DNA from: an uncultured virus (IMG/VR IMGVR_UViG_3300028888_002345)
Lineage: Duplodnaviria > Heunggongvirae > Uroviricota > Caudoviricetes
DNA length: 64,000 nt
Direction: 5' to 3' (one strand)
Virus record (IMG/VR): IMGVR_UViG_3300028888_002345
Shown here: positions 54,773 to 64,000 of the stretch, one piece after another
How positions within the stretch are numbered: the first letter of the stretch is position 1
Layout of the letters: each line of letters starts with the position of its first letter
Translations under genes and position numbers: made by a program
The notes under the pieces: model-generated
What the model was told of the DNA's origin: nothing
Seen by the model: only the letters and a program-made list of their open reading frames with translations
Database searches by the model: none

Positions 54773-56708
54773 TATAAAACTTTCAAAAAACTTTACAACT
54801 CAGTGGAATAAACTTCAAGCATAGTTTGGAGAAGAAATAGCTAGAATTAATGGTTTTGATGACCCTCAGTTATCGTATACTAATTTTATTGATAATTTTA
54901 TAGATGAAAAAGTGGTAGCAGATGCTTCTATAGATGGCAATAGTAATGTAAGTCATAAAGATATTGTTACTCTTGAAAAAGAAATGCCCAAACCTCATGA
55001 AAAGCTTTTAGCCTTTAATAAAATTTATTATGAAATTCAAAAGAAATATGGTTTTAAAGCAGCTAATGAATGGCTAAGAGCGGAGTGGATTGGACAATTA
55101 TATATGCACGATGCTAATACAGCAACTTTTAAATCATATTGTTTTGCTTATGATTTAAAAGATTTAGCTGAAAAGGGACTTTATTTTATTGAAGGGCGTA
55201 ATGCAAAACCTGCACAACACTATATAACTTTTATCGATTTTATTAAAGAATTTATTTCATTTGCTGCAAACAGAACATCTGGTGCAGTAGGTTTACCTAA
55301 TCTCATTCCTTATATGTGGTATTTTTGGAAGAAAGATATGGATGAAGAATATTTAGGTATGCATAAAGCTTGGGGCGAATATTATGCTAAACAAGGTTTT
55401 CAAAGATTTATTTATGCAGTAAATCAACCCTATGTTCGTGATGGCAGTCAATCTGCTTTTACCAATACATCAGTTTTTGATAGACCTTATTATGAAGCTT
55501 TGTTTGGTGGTAGTAAATTTCCAGATGGAAGTTACATGATTGATGCCGAAGAAGAAATTATTGAATTCCAGAAATGGTATATGGAAACCATGTCTGATAT
55601 TAGATCAGAAAATATGTTTACCTTCCCAGTAAGCACAATTTCTCTTCTTAGACAGAATGGAGAATTTGTAGATAAAGATTTTGCTGAATGGGCAGTTAGA
55701 CATAATATGAAATGGTCTGATTCAAATCTTTTTGTAGATGATAGTGTAAATAGTTTAAGTAATTGTTGTAGGTTAAAAAGTGATATACGTGACTTAGGAT
55801 ATTTTAATTCAATAGGTGGAACAGCACTTAAAGTAGGCAGTGTCAAAGTTTCTACAATTAACTTAGCAAGATTAGCTTTAGATACGAATACAGAAGATGA
55901 ATATTTAGCCGAACTCGAGCGTCGCGTGGAAACCAATTTACAGGCTTTGGATGCAGTTCGACATATTATCAAAAGGAACGTGGATAAGGGACTGTTGCCT
56001 AACTTTACAAATGGACTCATAGACTTTGAACACCTTTATAACACAATTGGTTTCATAGGAATCTATGAAACAATGAAATCTTTCGGTTATGTAAAGAAAG
56101 ATGAATTTGGTAATACATATTATACAGATAAAGCAGCAGCCTTTGGTAAAAAGATTTTTGATACCATGAGAAAGACCGCAGACGTATTTATTGAAAAGTA
56201 TGATCTTGATTATAAGATTAATACGGAACAGATTCCTGGTGAATCGGCTGCCGCGAAATTAATGAAAAAAGATAAATTTTTCTATCCTGATGCAGATATT
56301 TATGATTTACCTCTTTATGGTAATCAGTTTATGCCTCTTGGTATTCAGAGTACACTCCAAGAGAGAGTAAGAGTTCAAGCATTATTTGATAGTTATTGTA
56401 ATGGTGGTAGTATTCTTCATGCAAATATAGATGCTCCTTTTGATAGTTTTGATAAAGCTTGGAAGATGGTAAATTATATTGCAGAACAAGGCGTAACATA
56501 TTTTGCTTTTAATACTAAGATTCAGGCTTGTGAAGAGAACCACGCTTTTTATGGAAGAACTTGTCCTATTTGTGGTAAACCAGTAGAGACTGAATATACA
56601 AGAATAGTTGGTTTTTATACTCCCGTAAGAACATGGTCAAAAGAAAGAACCAAAGAATATAAAATGAGAAGATGGTAGGGTATTAATAAGACTGCTGAAA
56701 ATATATGA
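54762..56708 (+). CDS. nrdD: Anaerobic ribonucleoside-triphosphate reductase (TAG at codon 21 and at 56676)
   Basis: YMHD, YC, TFPV, NCCRL, PGES, CNGG, TRIVGFY; read-through yields ATGA coupling with nrdG. Confidence 0.9.
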
Positions 56709-57199
56709 TTAATAATATTATTGAAGTAAAAGGTATTATCTGGGAAGATACAGTAAATTATAAAAAAATAGGAACTACGCTTATGTTTCCTAAATGTAGT
56801 TTTAAATGTGATAAAGAGAATGGAATTCAATTATGTCAAAACTATGGACTCGCGGCGGCCCCTTCTCAAACGGTACATATTGATAGTTTTATGAGAAACT
56901 ATATGAACAACCCGATAACGGAAGCAATAATTTTACAAGGACTTGAACCCTTTGATAGCCTTATTGATCTCTATACCGTTGCCGCAGCTCTTTCTGATTT
57001 TAATTGTACTGATGATTTAGTAATTTATTCAGGCTATAATAGAGAAGAAATTGGTTCTTATTTAAAACCATTATATTCAGTTCCAGGGCATGTTATTATA
57101 AAATGGGGAAGATACATTCCAAATCAAACTCCCCATTATGACCCGGTTCTCGGAGTAAACCTTGCTTCAGATAATCAACATGGAGAACTTATTAAATGA
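56705..57199 (+). CDS. nrdG: Anaerobic RNR activating protein (radical SAM-like)
   Basis: CSFKC...CQN, GLEPF, YSGY, KWGRY, ASDNQ. Confidence 0.85.
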   Translation: MINNIIEVKGIIWEDTVNYKKIGTTLMFPKCSFKCDKENGIQLCQNYGLAAAPSQTVHIDSFMRNYMNNPITEAIILQGLEPFDSLIDLYTVAAALSDFNCTDDLVIYSGYNREEIGSYLKPLYSVPGHVIIKWGRYIPNQTPHYDPVLGVNLASDNQHGELIK

Positions 57200-57381
57200 T
57201 TAAAGTAACTGATGATAAAGCTTATGCAGAAAAAATAAGACAAAAACTTAAAGAAAATAACAATTACTGTCCATGTAAACTTCTTAAGACTCCAGATACA
57301 AAATGTATGTGTAAAGAATTTAGAGAACAAGAAGAAGGTTTTTGTCATTGTGGATTATATTATAAAACTAAGGAGAACTAA
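57196..57381 (+). CDS. Ferredoxin-thioredoxin reductase catalytic subunit-like protein
   Basis: YCPC...CMC...CHCGLY. Confidence 0.8.
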   Translation: MIKVTDDKAYAEKIRQKLKENNNYCPCKLLKTPDTKCMCKEFREQEEGFCHCGLYYKTKEN

Positions 57382-57792
57382 ATGAGTAAGACAATTAACT
57401 TTACTCCTAATTATAAAAAGAAATCTATTCCAGCTGGAACATTATATGATCTTAATAAACAAATTATGAAAGATAGAAAACCTTTAACTGAATTAGAAAT
57501 AGCTGCTATTCAGCCAAAAATCTCTGAATGGTTTAATATGATAATTGATACATATGCTATGTTACTTTGTCATGAACGAAGAGATTATACTATCTTTCAT
57601 CTTTATGAGACCCAGAACCAAGATCCACCAGCGGTCGCCGCGAAAGAATTGATTGGTTGTCTTACTGATCGAGGAAAAATTCTTTCTATTGATGAAACTT
57701 CAGATCATGCTTGGGAAATTTGGTTAAATATTAACGGTTCTCCAGCTTGTTATTATCTTTTCCGTTACGATAATGCAGTAATAGAATGCTAA
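57382..57792 (+). CDS. Conserved phage protein
   Basis: LYDLNKQ, MLLCHERRDYTIF, EIW. Confidence 0.75.
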   Translation: MSKTINFTPNYKKKSIPAGTLYDLNKQIMKDRKPLTELEIAAIQPKISEWFNMIIDTYAMLLCHERRDYTIFHLYETQNQDPPAVAAKELIGCLTDRGKILSIDETSDHAWEIWLNINGSPACYYLFRYDNAVIEC

Positions 57793-57802
57793 AGGAGGAA
57801 TT

Positions 57803-58048
57803 ATGAAATAGATAGTTGTTAAATTTGAACCTTTTGATTTTAGACAGACAGTATTTATAAAAGATGATACAACAGGAAAAATTGAACAAGAACTTGTTCC
57901 ACAAAAAGAATTAGTTAGTTATCTTTCTTTAAAAGAGGATGTTTATAAAATACATTTCTTTGGAAATGAAAATTTTGCTAATAAAATAAAAACTGAATGT
58001 ATGACTAAATATAATTTTAATGAATCTGTTTTTTGTATTAATTGCTAA
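57803..58048 (+). CDS. Hypothetical protein (TAG at codon 3)
   Basis: GGAGG RBS; ATG AAA TAG then open to TAA 58048. Confidence 0.7.
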
Positions 58049-58057
58049 GAGGTATAT

Positions 58058-58309
58058 ATGTCGAAATATTTAATTAAAACAACTGAAACATATAGATGCG
58101 ATTCAGAAGAAGAAGCTAAGGCTCTTATTGAAGAAGCTAAGAAAAATCATATTTATACTGTAACTAAAAATAGTTCTGAAATTAAAACTCTTAAACAAAA
58201 AGGTGAAATTGTAGATGAATGGCGAAGAGTAACTATCACAAAAGAGTTTACATCTGAAAAAGAACCTGGTTTTAGTGTTGATATTCATTATGGAGACGAT
58301 GATGAATAA
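58058..58309 (+). CDS. Conserved phage protein
   Basis: GAGG RBS; track ORF. Confidence 0.75.
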   Translation: MSKYLIKTTETYRCDSEEEAKALIEEAKKNHIYTVTKNSSEIKTLKQKGEIVDEWRRVTITKEFTSEKEPGFSVDIHYGDDDE

Positions 58310-58310
58310 T

Positions 58311-58757
58311 ATGAATACAGAATTAAATATTAATTTTATTCCATAGAATTTTAATTTTGTTCCTCATAGAGGTTCAGATAAAGCGGCTGGATATGATTTA
58401 AAAGCTTTTATAGAAGAAGAAGAGTTACGAATCTGGCCTCATGAAACTGTTAAAATTAATACGGGAATTAAAATTGCAATTCCCGATTACTATTGTGGAT
58501 TAATTCTACCTCGTTCAGGTTTAGCTTCAAAAGAAGGATTAAGACCTGCTAACACACCTGGGCTTATTGACAGTGATTATAGAGGAAGCATTATTGTTGC
58601 TTTACATAATGATAGCAATGAAATAAGAACTATAAAAAAGGGTGAACGTATAGCACAGCTTGTTATTATACCTTTTACTGTAGCAAATTTTATTCCTGTA
58701 AGTGATTTAGATGATACATCTCGTGGAGCAAATGGCTTCGGAAGTACAGGCAAATAA
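58311..58757 (+). CDS. dut: dUTPase (TAG at codon 12; absent from the ORF track)
   Basis: AAGYDL, PRSGL, GLIDSDYRG, ERIAQL, RGANGFGSTG. Confidence 0.93.
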
Positions 58758-58761
58758 AAAA

Positions 58762-58796
58762 AGGAGTGATATATATAATATCACTCCTCTTTTTTA
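58762..58796. terminator. Bidirectional terminator between convergent transcription units
   Basis: AGGAGTGATAT/ATATCACTCCT flanked by A and T tracts. Confidence 0.8.
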
Positions 58797-59090
58797 TTAC
58801 ATCATCATTTCTCGATCATGCATATTTCCCATATTTTCTTTTTTTATCATTAAATCGTCATGGTCATAATACATTGGTCTTCTATATCCATAAGAAGAAC
58901 TTCCATTGCGTCCTCCGCGATTTTCATACATAGGATAATAACCATAATTATATTGATTATATTGACTTTCTTTCTGTCTTAACTAATCTCTGACAATATA
59001 TAATGATGCTAATTTCATGCAATTATTATAAGTAGCAGAACTACTCTATAAATCTCGAATAGCTTCTTCAACTTCATGAAGGTTTAACAT
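58797..59090 (-). CDS. Hypothetical protein (2 TAG)
   Basis: MLNLHEVEEAIRDL*SSSATYNNCMKLASLYIVRD*. Confidence 0.7.
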
Positions 59091-59673
59091 GGTCAAACTC
59101 CTTTCTCAACTAACTAAATTTTTTAGTATATTTTTTAATTAATAACTATTGTTCAGAAACAATAGTAGGTAAATCATAATCTGTAGCTTTTATCTATAAA
59201 TATTTTCTCTAAGCTTCTTTAATCTATTCATCTACAAAACATATATATTTTTTAATTTCAATTAAAAGTGTTATATACCTTTGATTAAAAGCCTAAGTAT
59301 ACATTTCTTCAAGAAAAGCTTTTACCTATTTTTCCCAGCGTATATATTTTTCTAACCCGCTTTTTACTGCATTTCTTCGAGTAATTAAATCAACATCTTC
59401 TCTTGCATAACCGTACCAATTGGATGGGATAATAGAAAAGGATGAAGATGTTAATGATTCAGTAGAAAACTAAGGAATTATTTTATTCTAATGCTATATA
59501 TAATAAGTTATAAAATCTCTATAGTGAAACATCTATTCAAAAAAATGATATTCATGAGCAAGTTTATAACCCTATAATCCTATAAAATTATAATAATTAG
59601 CAAATTCCTAATGATTCATACACCCTTGCAATAATTTTTGAGCAATTAATTTACAAATTTCTTCAATAGGCAT
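59074..59673 (-). CDS. Ferritin-like helical protein (13 TAG)
   Basis: H*EFANYYNFIGL*GYKLAHEYHFFE*; WEK*; VDE*IKEA*RKYL*. Confidence 0.7.
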
Positions 59674-59687
59674 TATGATTCTCCTTA

Positions 59688-60095
59688 TTAACAAATTTTA
59701 GTTACTGTTATACCAACAATAGGAAAAGTTCCAGCCTATCCAGTATTAATTATTTGAATAGTAGTGGGGCTTGTATTACAGCAACAAGTATTATTTTCTC
59801 TTACTTGTACAAGAGTAGTAAAACCTAATGTTGTAGTCTAATCCGCGGCGCCCGTTGCAGTACTGAATGAACCCTGGTCTAATAAACCATTTTTAGCCAG
59901 TTGAATACTGACATCACCGGCGGCCGCAGGTGTAATACTAGCATCTACAGATACCATATAAATTCCACTTCTATTAAACTGAATTGTAGCAGGCGCACTT
60001 AAAACTGCACTTTGTCCTTTTGCTAAACTTATATTATTAAATGGAATTGAACCATTCTAACCCACTTCTACATTTAAACTATACAATTTTAACAT
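59688..60095 (-). CDS. Beta-sandwich hypothetical protein (3 TAG)
   Basis: IPFNN, IQFNRSGIYMVSV, TCCCN. Confidence 0.7.
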
Positions 60096-60173
60096 TTTAT
60101 TTTCTTATCTCCTTTTAATAGGGCAGAGATAGATTATCCCTGCCCTGGTGTACTAAATACACTCGTTTAAAAA

Positions 60174-60893
60174 TTACATACCACAGCCACAGCTGCAGCC
60201 ACATCCGCACCCAGTATTACAGAATGGAGATGTACCGGCATTATAAGCCCAAGAATTTGGGTATCTTAATACACCTGCCATAGCATTTTGAAGTTCTAAT
60301 GCATTAATCTTAGACTGGAGTTCTTCAATTTTATTTTGAGAAAGAACATCTAAAATTTTCTGTGTTTGAGCTGCTGTATTGGCATTAATAGCTGCTGTGT
60401 TCATAGCCGAATCATATCTAGATTGAGCTATATTAGAATTTATACCATTTCCAGTTTCAAGAATAGCCATTCTAGTATCGCAGCAACATGCATTCTGATT
60501 AGCTATTGCTTGCTGTTGAGCGAGACTTAAATTGCCAATATCTCTTGTAATTTCTGAATATTTATCACTTAAAACTGAAATAGTATCATGGAAAGTTTGG
60601 TTAGTAGCAGAGACAGCTTGTGCAGTACCATTTGTAACAGCTGCAAGAATATCTCTTTGATTTGACATACTATTTTGATTATCAAAACCACGCTGTACTT
60701 CATTTGAAGTAGCAAGATTTTCATAACCAATTGCGTTAGCAAAACCATTATTTCCACCCCATCCTCCAAAACCGTTACCGGCAAGAAGAAGAAGAGCAAA
60801 AATCCACATAAAAGAAGCATCACCCCAACCATTATTATTTCCATTTCCACTGAGTAAAGCGACATCGCTAGGACTTAAATTTCCGTTTTCCAT
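60174..60893 (-). CDS. Conserved Gly/Asn-rich protein with Cys-rich tail (spore-coat-like family)
   Basis: GFGGWGG, VQRGFD, QNACCCD, TQKILD, CGCGCSCGC. Confidence 0.75.
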   Translation of the reverse strand: MENGNLSPSDVALLSGNGNNNGWGDASFMWIFALLLLAGNGFGGWGGNNGFANAIGYENLATSNEVQRGFDNQNSMSNQRDILAAVTNGTAQAVSATNQTFHDTISVLSDKYSEITRDIGNLSLAQQQAIANQNACCCDTRMAILETGNGINSNIAQSRYDSAMNTAAINANTAAQTQKILDVLSQNKIEELQSKINALELQNAMAGVLRYPNSWAYNAGTSPFCNTGCGCGCSCGCGM

Positions 60894-60915
60894 TTTTTCT
60901 TTCCTTTTCTTTTTA

Positions 60916-61176
60916 TTATTTTAGCATATTCAAAATAGAATTAGGATCAATTCCTCTTTGCTATGCTAATAGATAAAATAATTCTTTTGGAGACTTGTTA
61001 CTTGTTTGCATTAAAGAATAGATATTTTGTATATTTGGATTATTTTTTATTAAGTTATTTAAAAACTCTTGTTGATTTGAACTATTTTTAAAACTATTTA
61101 TTAATCGTTTTATATTGCTGTTTTCTGGAAGACTATTGCTATTTTGTCTATTCAGCTGTTGATAAAGACTATTCAT
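60916..61176 (-). CDS. Hypothetical protein (1 TAG)
   Basis: Read-through adds LA*QRGIDPNSIL. Confidence 0.7.
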
Positions 61177-61606
61177 GTTTTCTTATCTCCTTTATTGCCT
61201 ACTAAAATTCATTTTTTGTAACATAATTAGATAAATCTAATTCTAAATTATTTTGATTGCTTTGAGTGTCACTGTTTATATCTGGCTATTCCATATAGTT
61301 AAAAATCCTTAACTTACCTAAGCCAATATCATCAGTCGTTTTAATATAAAATTTACCAATTTCACTATCTAATAATATAACCGTACTATTAGGAGGAAGT
61401 TGCATAGACCGCGCGTTTTCTTTGCCTTTCACCCATATAATATTATTAGATGTTTGTTGAGTAGGCGATATAGAATTATTATGATTATTGTTTAAATAAT
61501 TATAATTATATGGATTGGAAGGAAAAGAAAACTGATTAGGATTATTCCATAAATAATTTTGATTAGAAAAATTATTCATTGGATTAGACATATTCATGTT
61601 ATTCAT
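61088..61606 (-). CDS. Hypothetical protein (several TAG; 3' end uncertain)
   Basis: IIWVKGKENARS..PNSTVILLDSE..FYIK; YVTKNEF**AIKE. Confidence 0.65.
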
Positions 61607-61741
61607 TTTATTTATTTCTCCTTTTACAAAATATTTATTCTTTATTTTTTTTGTCAATATTATACAAAAATACTTTAAGATATTTTATCTATTTTGTCTA
61701 AAAACGAGCAAAAAAATAAAGGCTTAATGTAAAAATTTACA

Positions 61742-62794
61742 TTAAGCCTTTAAATATTTTTTATCTCGTATCCAATAAAGCCATTCTCTAAATGAAAATT
61801 CAAAAAGAAAAGTTTCAATTTGATTTTTAGCTACATTAAAAATAAGCTAATATTCTTCTGGACTGTCTGTTTTAAAAAACTTATATATATCTTCTATTGT
61901 TATATTAAACTATTCTTCTAAAATAAGTATATACTTTCTTATATGGTCACAGTTTTTTATTAAATACTAAGGAGTTTTGTATCTTCCATATTCATTATAA
62001 AAATAAGAATAAAGTAAAACTTTTTCAATTTGTTTTTCTGTAAAATCCCTATTTAATCCAGATTCTTTATAAAAATTATATGCTATACCTGCTGTTGATT
62101 CTATATAGTCAATTAAGAACATATCTATAAAAACACGCTATTTACTTTCAGCCATATATTTACGATTTGAAAGTGAATCAGGGTTAGCTACCCAAATATA
62201 AGTAATTAAATCTGTTTTATATAAAGGAAGATTATAAGCAAGACGAATAAATTCCATCTAAGTAGAAATACATATATCTTCATGAGAAGTCATATCTTTT
62301 ATATAATGAAGATTATATTTTTTCCAAAAGTTATCAAGATTAAAAACTTTTCCATGTGTCCATCCTGCAAATTGAGGCATTTCAAAAAATTTATCATTAA
62401 CCTTTTTTACAAATTTAGTAAGAAAAACAGTATCACAACCAGTCTCTTCTATTTCTTTTTTTAATTTAGGAAGAGCACCTTTTACAAGCTAATCATCATG
62501 ATCCATAAAAATTAGCCATTCTCCAAGGGCTTGATCTGCTCCCTTTTGTCTTGTATTTCCAGGACAACAATTATAATCAGTTTTAGTTTGAGTAATAAAT
62601 AATTTGTCTGTGTATTGATTTACAATATCTTGATAACTTTCTGTAGAACAATCATCAGAAAGAATTACTTGAATTTCATCATATCCCATCTATTGAGATA
62701 TAATACTATCTAATGCTGTTCCAATAGTTTCTCTTGAATTATAACAAGGAATAACTATTGAATAAAAAGGTCTATTATTTGTTAATGTAGGCAT
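61742..62794 (-). CDS. Glycosyltransferase family 2 (7 TAG)
   Basis: SIVIPCYN, SDDCS, PGNTRQ, DHDD*, THGK, HED. Confidence 0.85.
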
Positions 62795-63248
62795 ATCCTA
62801 ATCCTATTGCATCTGCGATGTCATCATTTACCTATATATTGAAGTGGTCTTTTACCCATTGAATATCTAATTCTTTTTGTTGTTGACGTCTAACTCCTCG
62901 TCCTTGTTTTATTTGACAAGTTTTACGCCAACTTGATGGATATAAGAAATCTATTTGTAAGTGTTTAAAGTTCTAATGTATCATCATTGATAAACAACCT
63001 TGTAGATACATTAGAACTTTATAAGTTTGTACATTAACAAAGCTCTCTTGTCTAACCTACTCAAGAACCACATATTCTAAATCTGGATTTTCAATAAGTA
63101 TTTTTTGTATACTATCAACCATAACTTTTATTCGATTTAAGAAGTCTAAAGATGTAGCTGTAATACAAGTATAATACTAAAGTTTATTATGTTTATAAAT
63201 TGCTATACCAGTACTTTTAGAGCTAGCATCGATTGCTAATAAATTCAT
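62775..63248 (-). CDS. RuvC-like Holliday junction resolvase (4 TAG)
   Basis: LAIDASSKSTG, VVLE*V, PSSWRK, NDDIADAIGLG. Confidence 0.82.
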
Positions 63249-63317
63249 TTATTTTCTCCTTTTGTTTAGTTATAGTATAACAAAATTTTTTAAAAAAATC
63301 AAATATTAAATAAGATT

Positions 63318-63998
63318 TTATGAAAATAGTTTAGATAAATCCTTACGACCTACAATTTTACGAATAACAGCAAAACCATTAGGATAAGTTCCTCCAGTGT
63401 CGGTAGTAACACTATATGTTGCACTTGAACCTGCAGCAGCTCCATTCCAAGACCATATAGTATGCTCTCCTAATTTAAGTTGATTAGTATAAGATTCATT
63501 TAAACCAAAATTAAGTGAACAAATAGCTAAATTTCCCTGTGCATCTATTTGTACTTCTCTAAGGAAACCTCCACTCATTGATAAAAAAGAAGATGTTTCA
63601 ATAGTTCTTGTTTCATTCTAACCATAAAAATCAACATAAAAATCAAGATAATCATAGTTAGTAATATCATCTATTAAATTAAATATTGTACCTACTGCTC
63701 TTTTAGTACCTGTCCATAGAACTTTTTCACTATTAGTTATTGCAGCTTTTTGTTCATTTAAATCTTCTTGTAACTGAAGTATTAAAGCCATATCAGCATT
63801 ACCGCCTTCTGCGGTAATGGTTCCTATAAGATTTCTTAAATCTTTAACCTGTTCTCTAACAGCCTATCCAGCAGAATTATATTGAGTACTGTCATAACCT
63901 ATTCTAATGTCATTAACTTCAGTATTTTCAACTAATTTACGACCCACAATTTTCTTTAAAGTTATTAAAGTTCTTTGACCACTTACTGGGTCAGAATA
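63318..63998 (-). CDS. Virion/tail-like protein, 5' truncated (2 TAG)
   Basis: EVNDIRIGYDSTQYNSAG*AVREQV; frame open to the window edge. Confidence 0.7.
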
Positions 63999-64000
63999 AG

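Noticed and set aside
5568..57199. TGA reassignment
   Set aside because: TGA ends genes cleanly (5570, 30873, 39342, 56708, 57199, tmRNA tag), often in ATGA overlaps; tRNA-Trp has CCA.
506..62464. Antisense and shadow ORFs in the track (e.g. 506-961, 3760-4215, 9727-10266, 29299-29886, 55532-56020) and ORFs over the tRNA region (7294-9614, 14344-14580)
   Set aside because: They overlap well-supported genes or RNAs on the other strand or frame and lack RBS and recognisable motifs.
1..64000. Phage release factor or aminoacyl-tRNA synthetase supporting the recoding
   Set aside because: No GGQ/SPF release factor or HIGH/KMSKS synthetase recognised in this window; it may lie elsewhere in the genome.

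Overview
This is a 64-kb segment of a large, very AT-rich tailed phage. The host is most likely a Firmicute (Clostridia-like), inferred from sigmaA-type TTGACA-17-TATAAT promoters, GGAGG RBSs and XkdX, BspA-LRR and CHAP proteins. Layout: tail-fibre-like repeat proteins plus a glycosyltransferase (1-7 kb); a ~7.7-kb RNA island with 17 tRNAs, tRNA-like elements, a tmRNA and many unexplained structured RNAs (7-14.8 kb); an RNA-repair module (Ro/TROVE-like DUF2828, RNA ligase, kinase, phosphoesterase); a PIN-PhoH/holin/endolysin operon; replication and nucleotide genes (gyrB/gyrA-like, ligase, ThyX-like, SSB, DnaB, primase, RecJ, RecD/Dda, DnaE, nrdD/G, dut); and a minus-strand cluster at the end. 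Main result: the phage uses an alternative genetic code. About 35 genes are broken only by in-frame TAG, never by TAA or TGA. At conserved motif positions, and in a paralogue pair inside the window, TAG corresponds to glutamate rather than the glutamine reported for amber-recoded phages. A matching CUA-anticodon tRNA with a tRNA-Glu-type acceptor and D arm lies at 10994-11065. TAG load is highest in nucleases, lysis and virion genes and zero in most core replication and RNA-repair genes. CDS coordinates below are given with TAG read through. All product calls come from motif recognition by eye; no searches were run.
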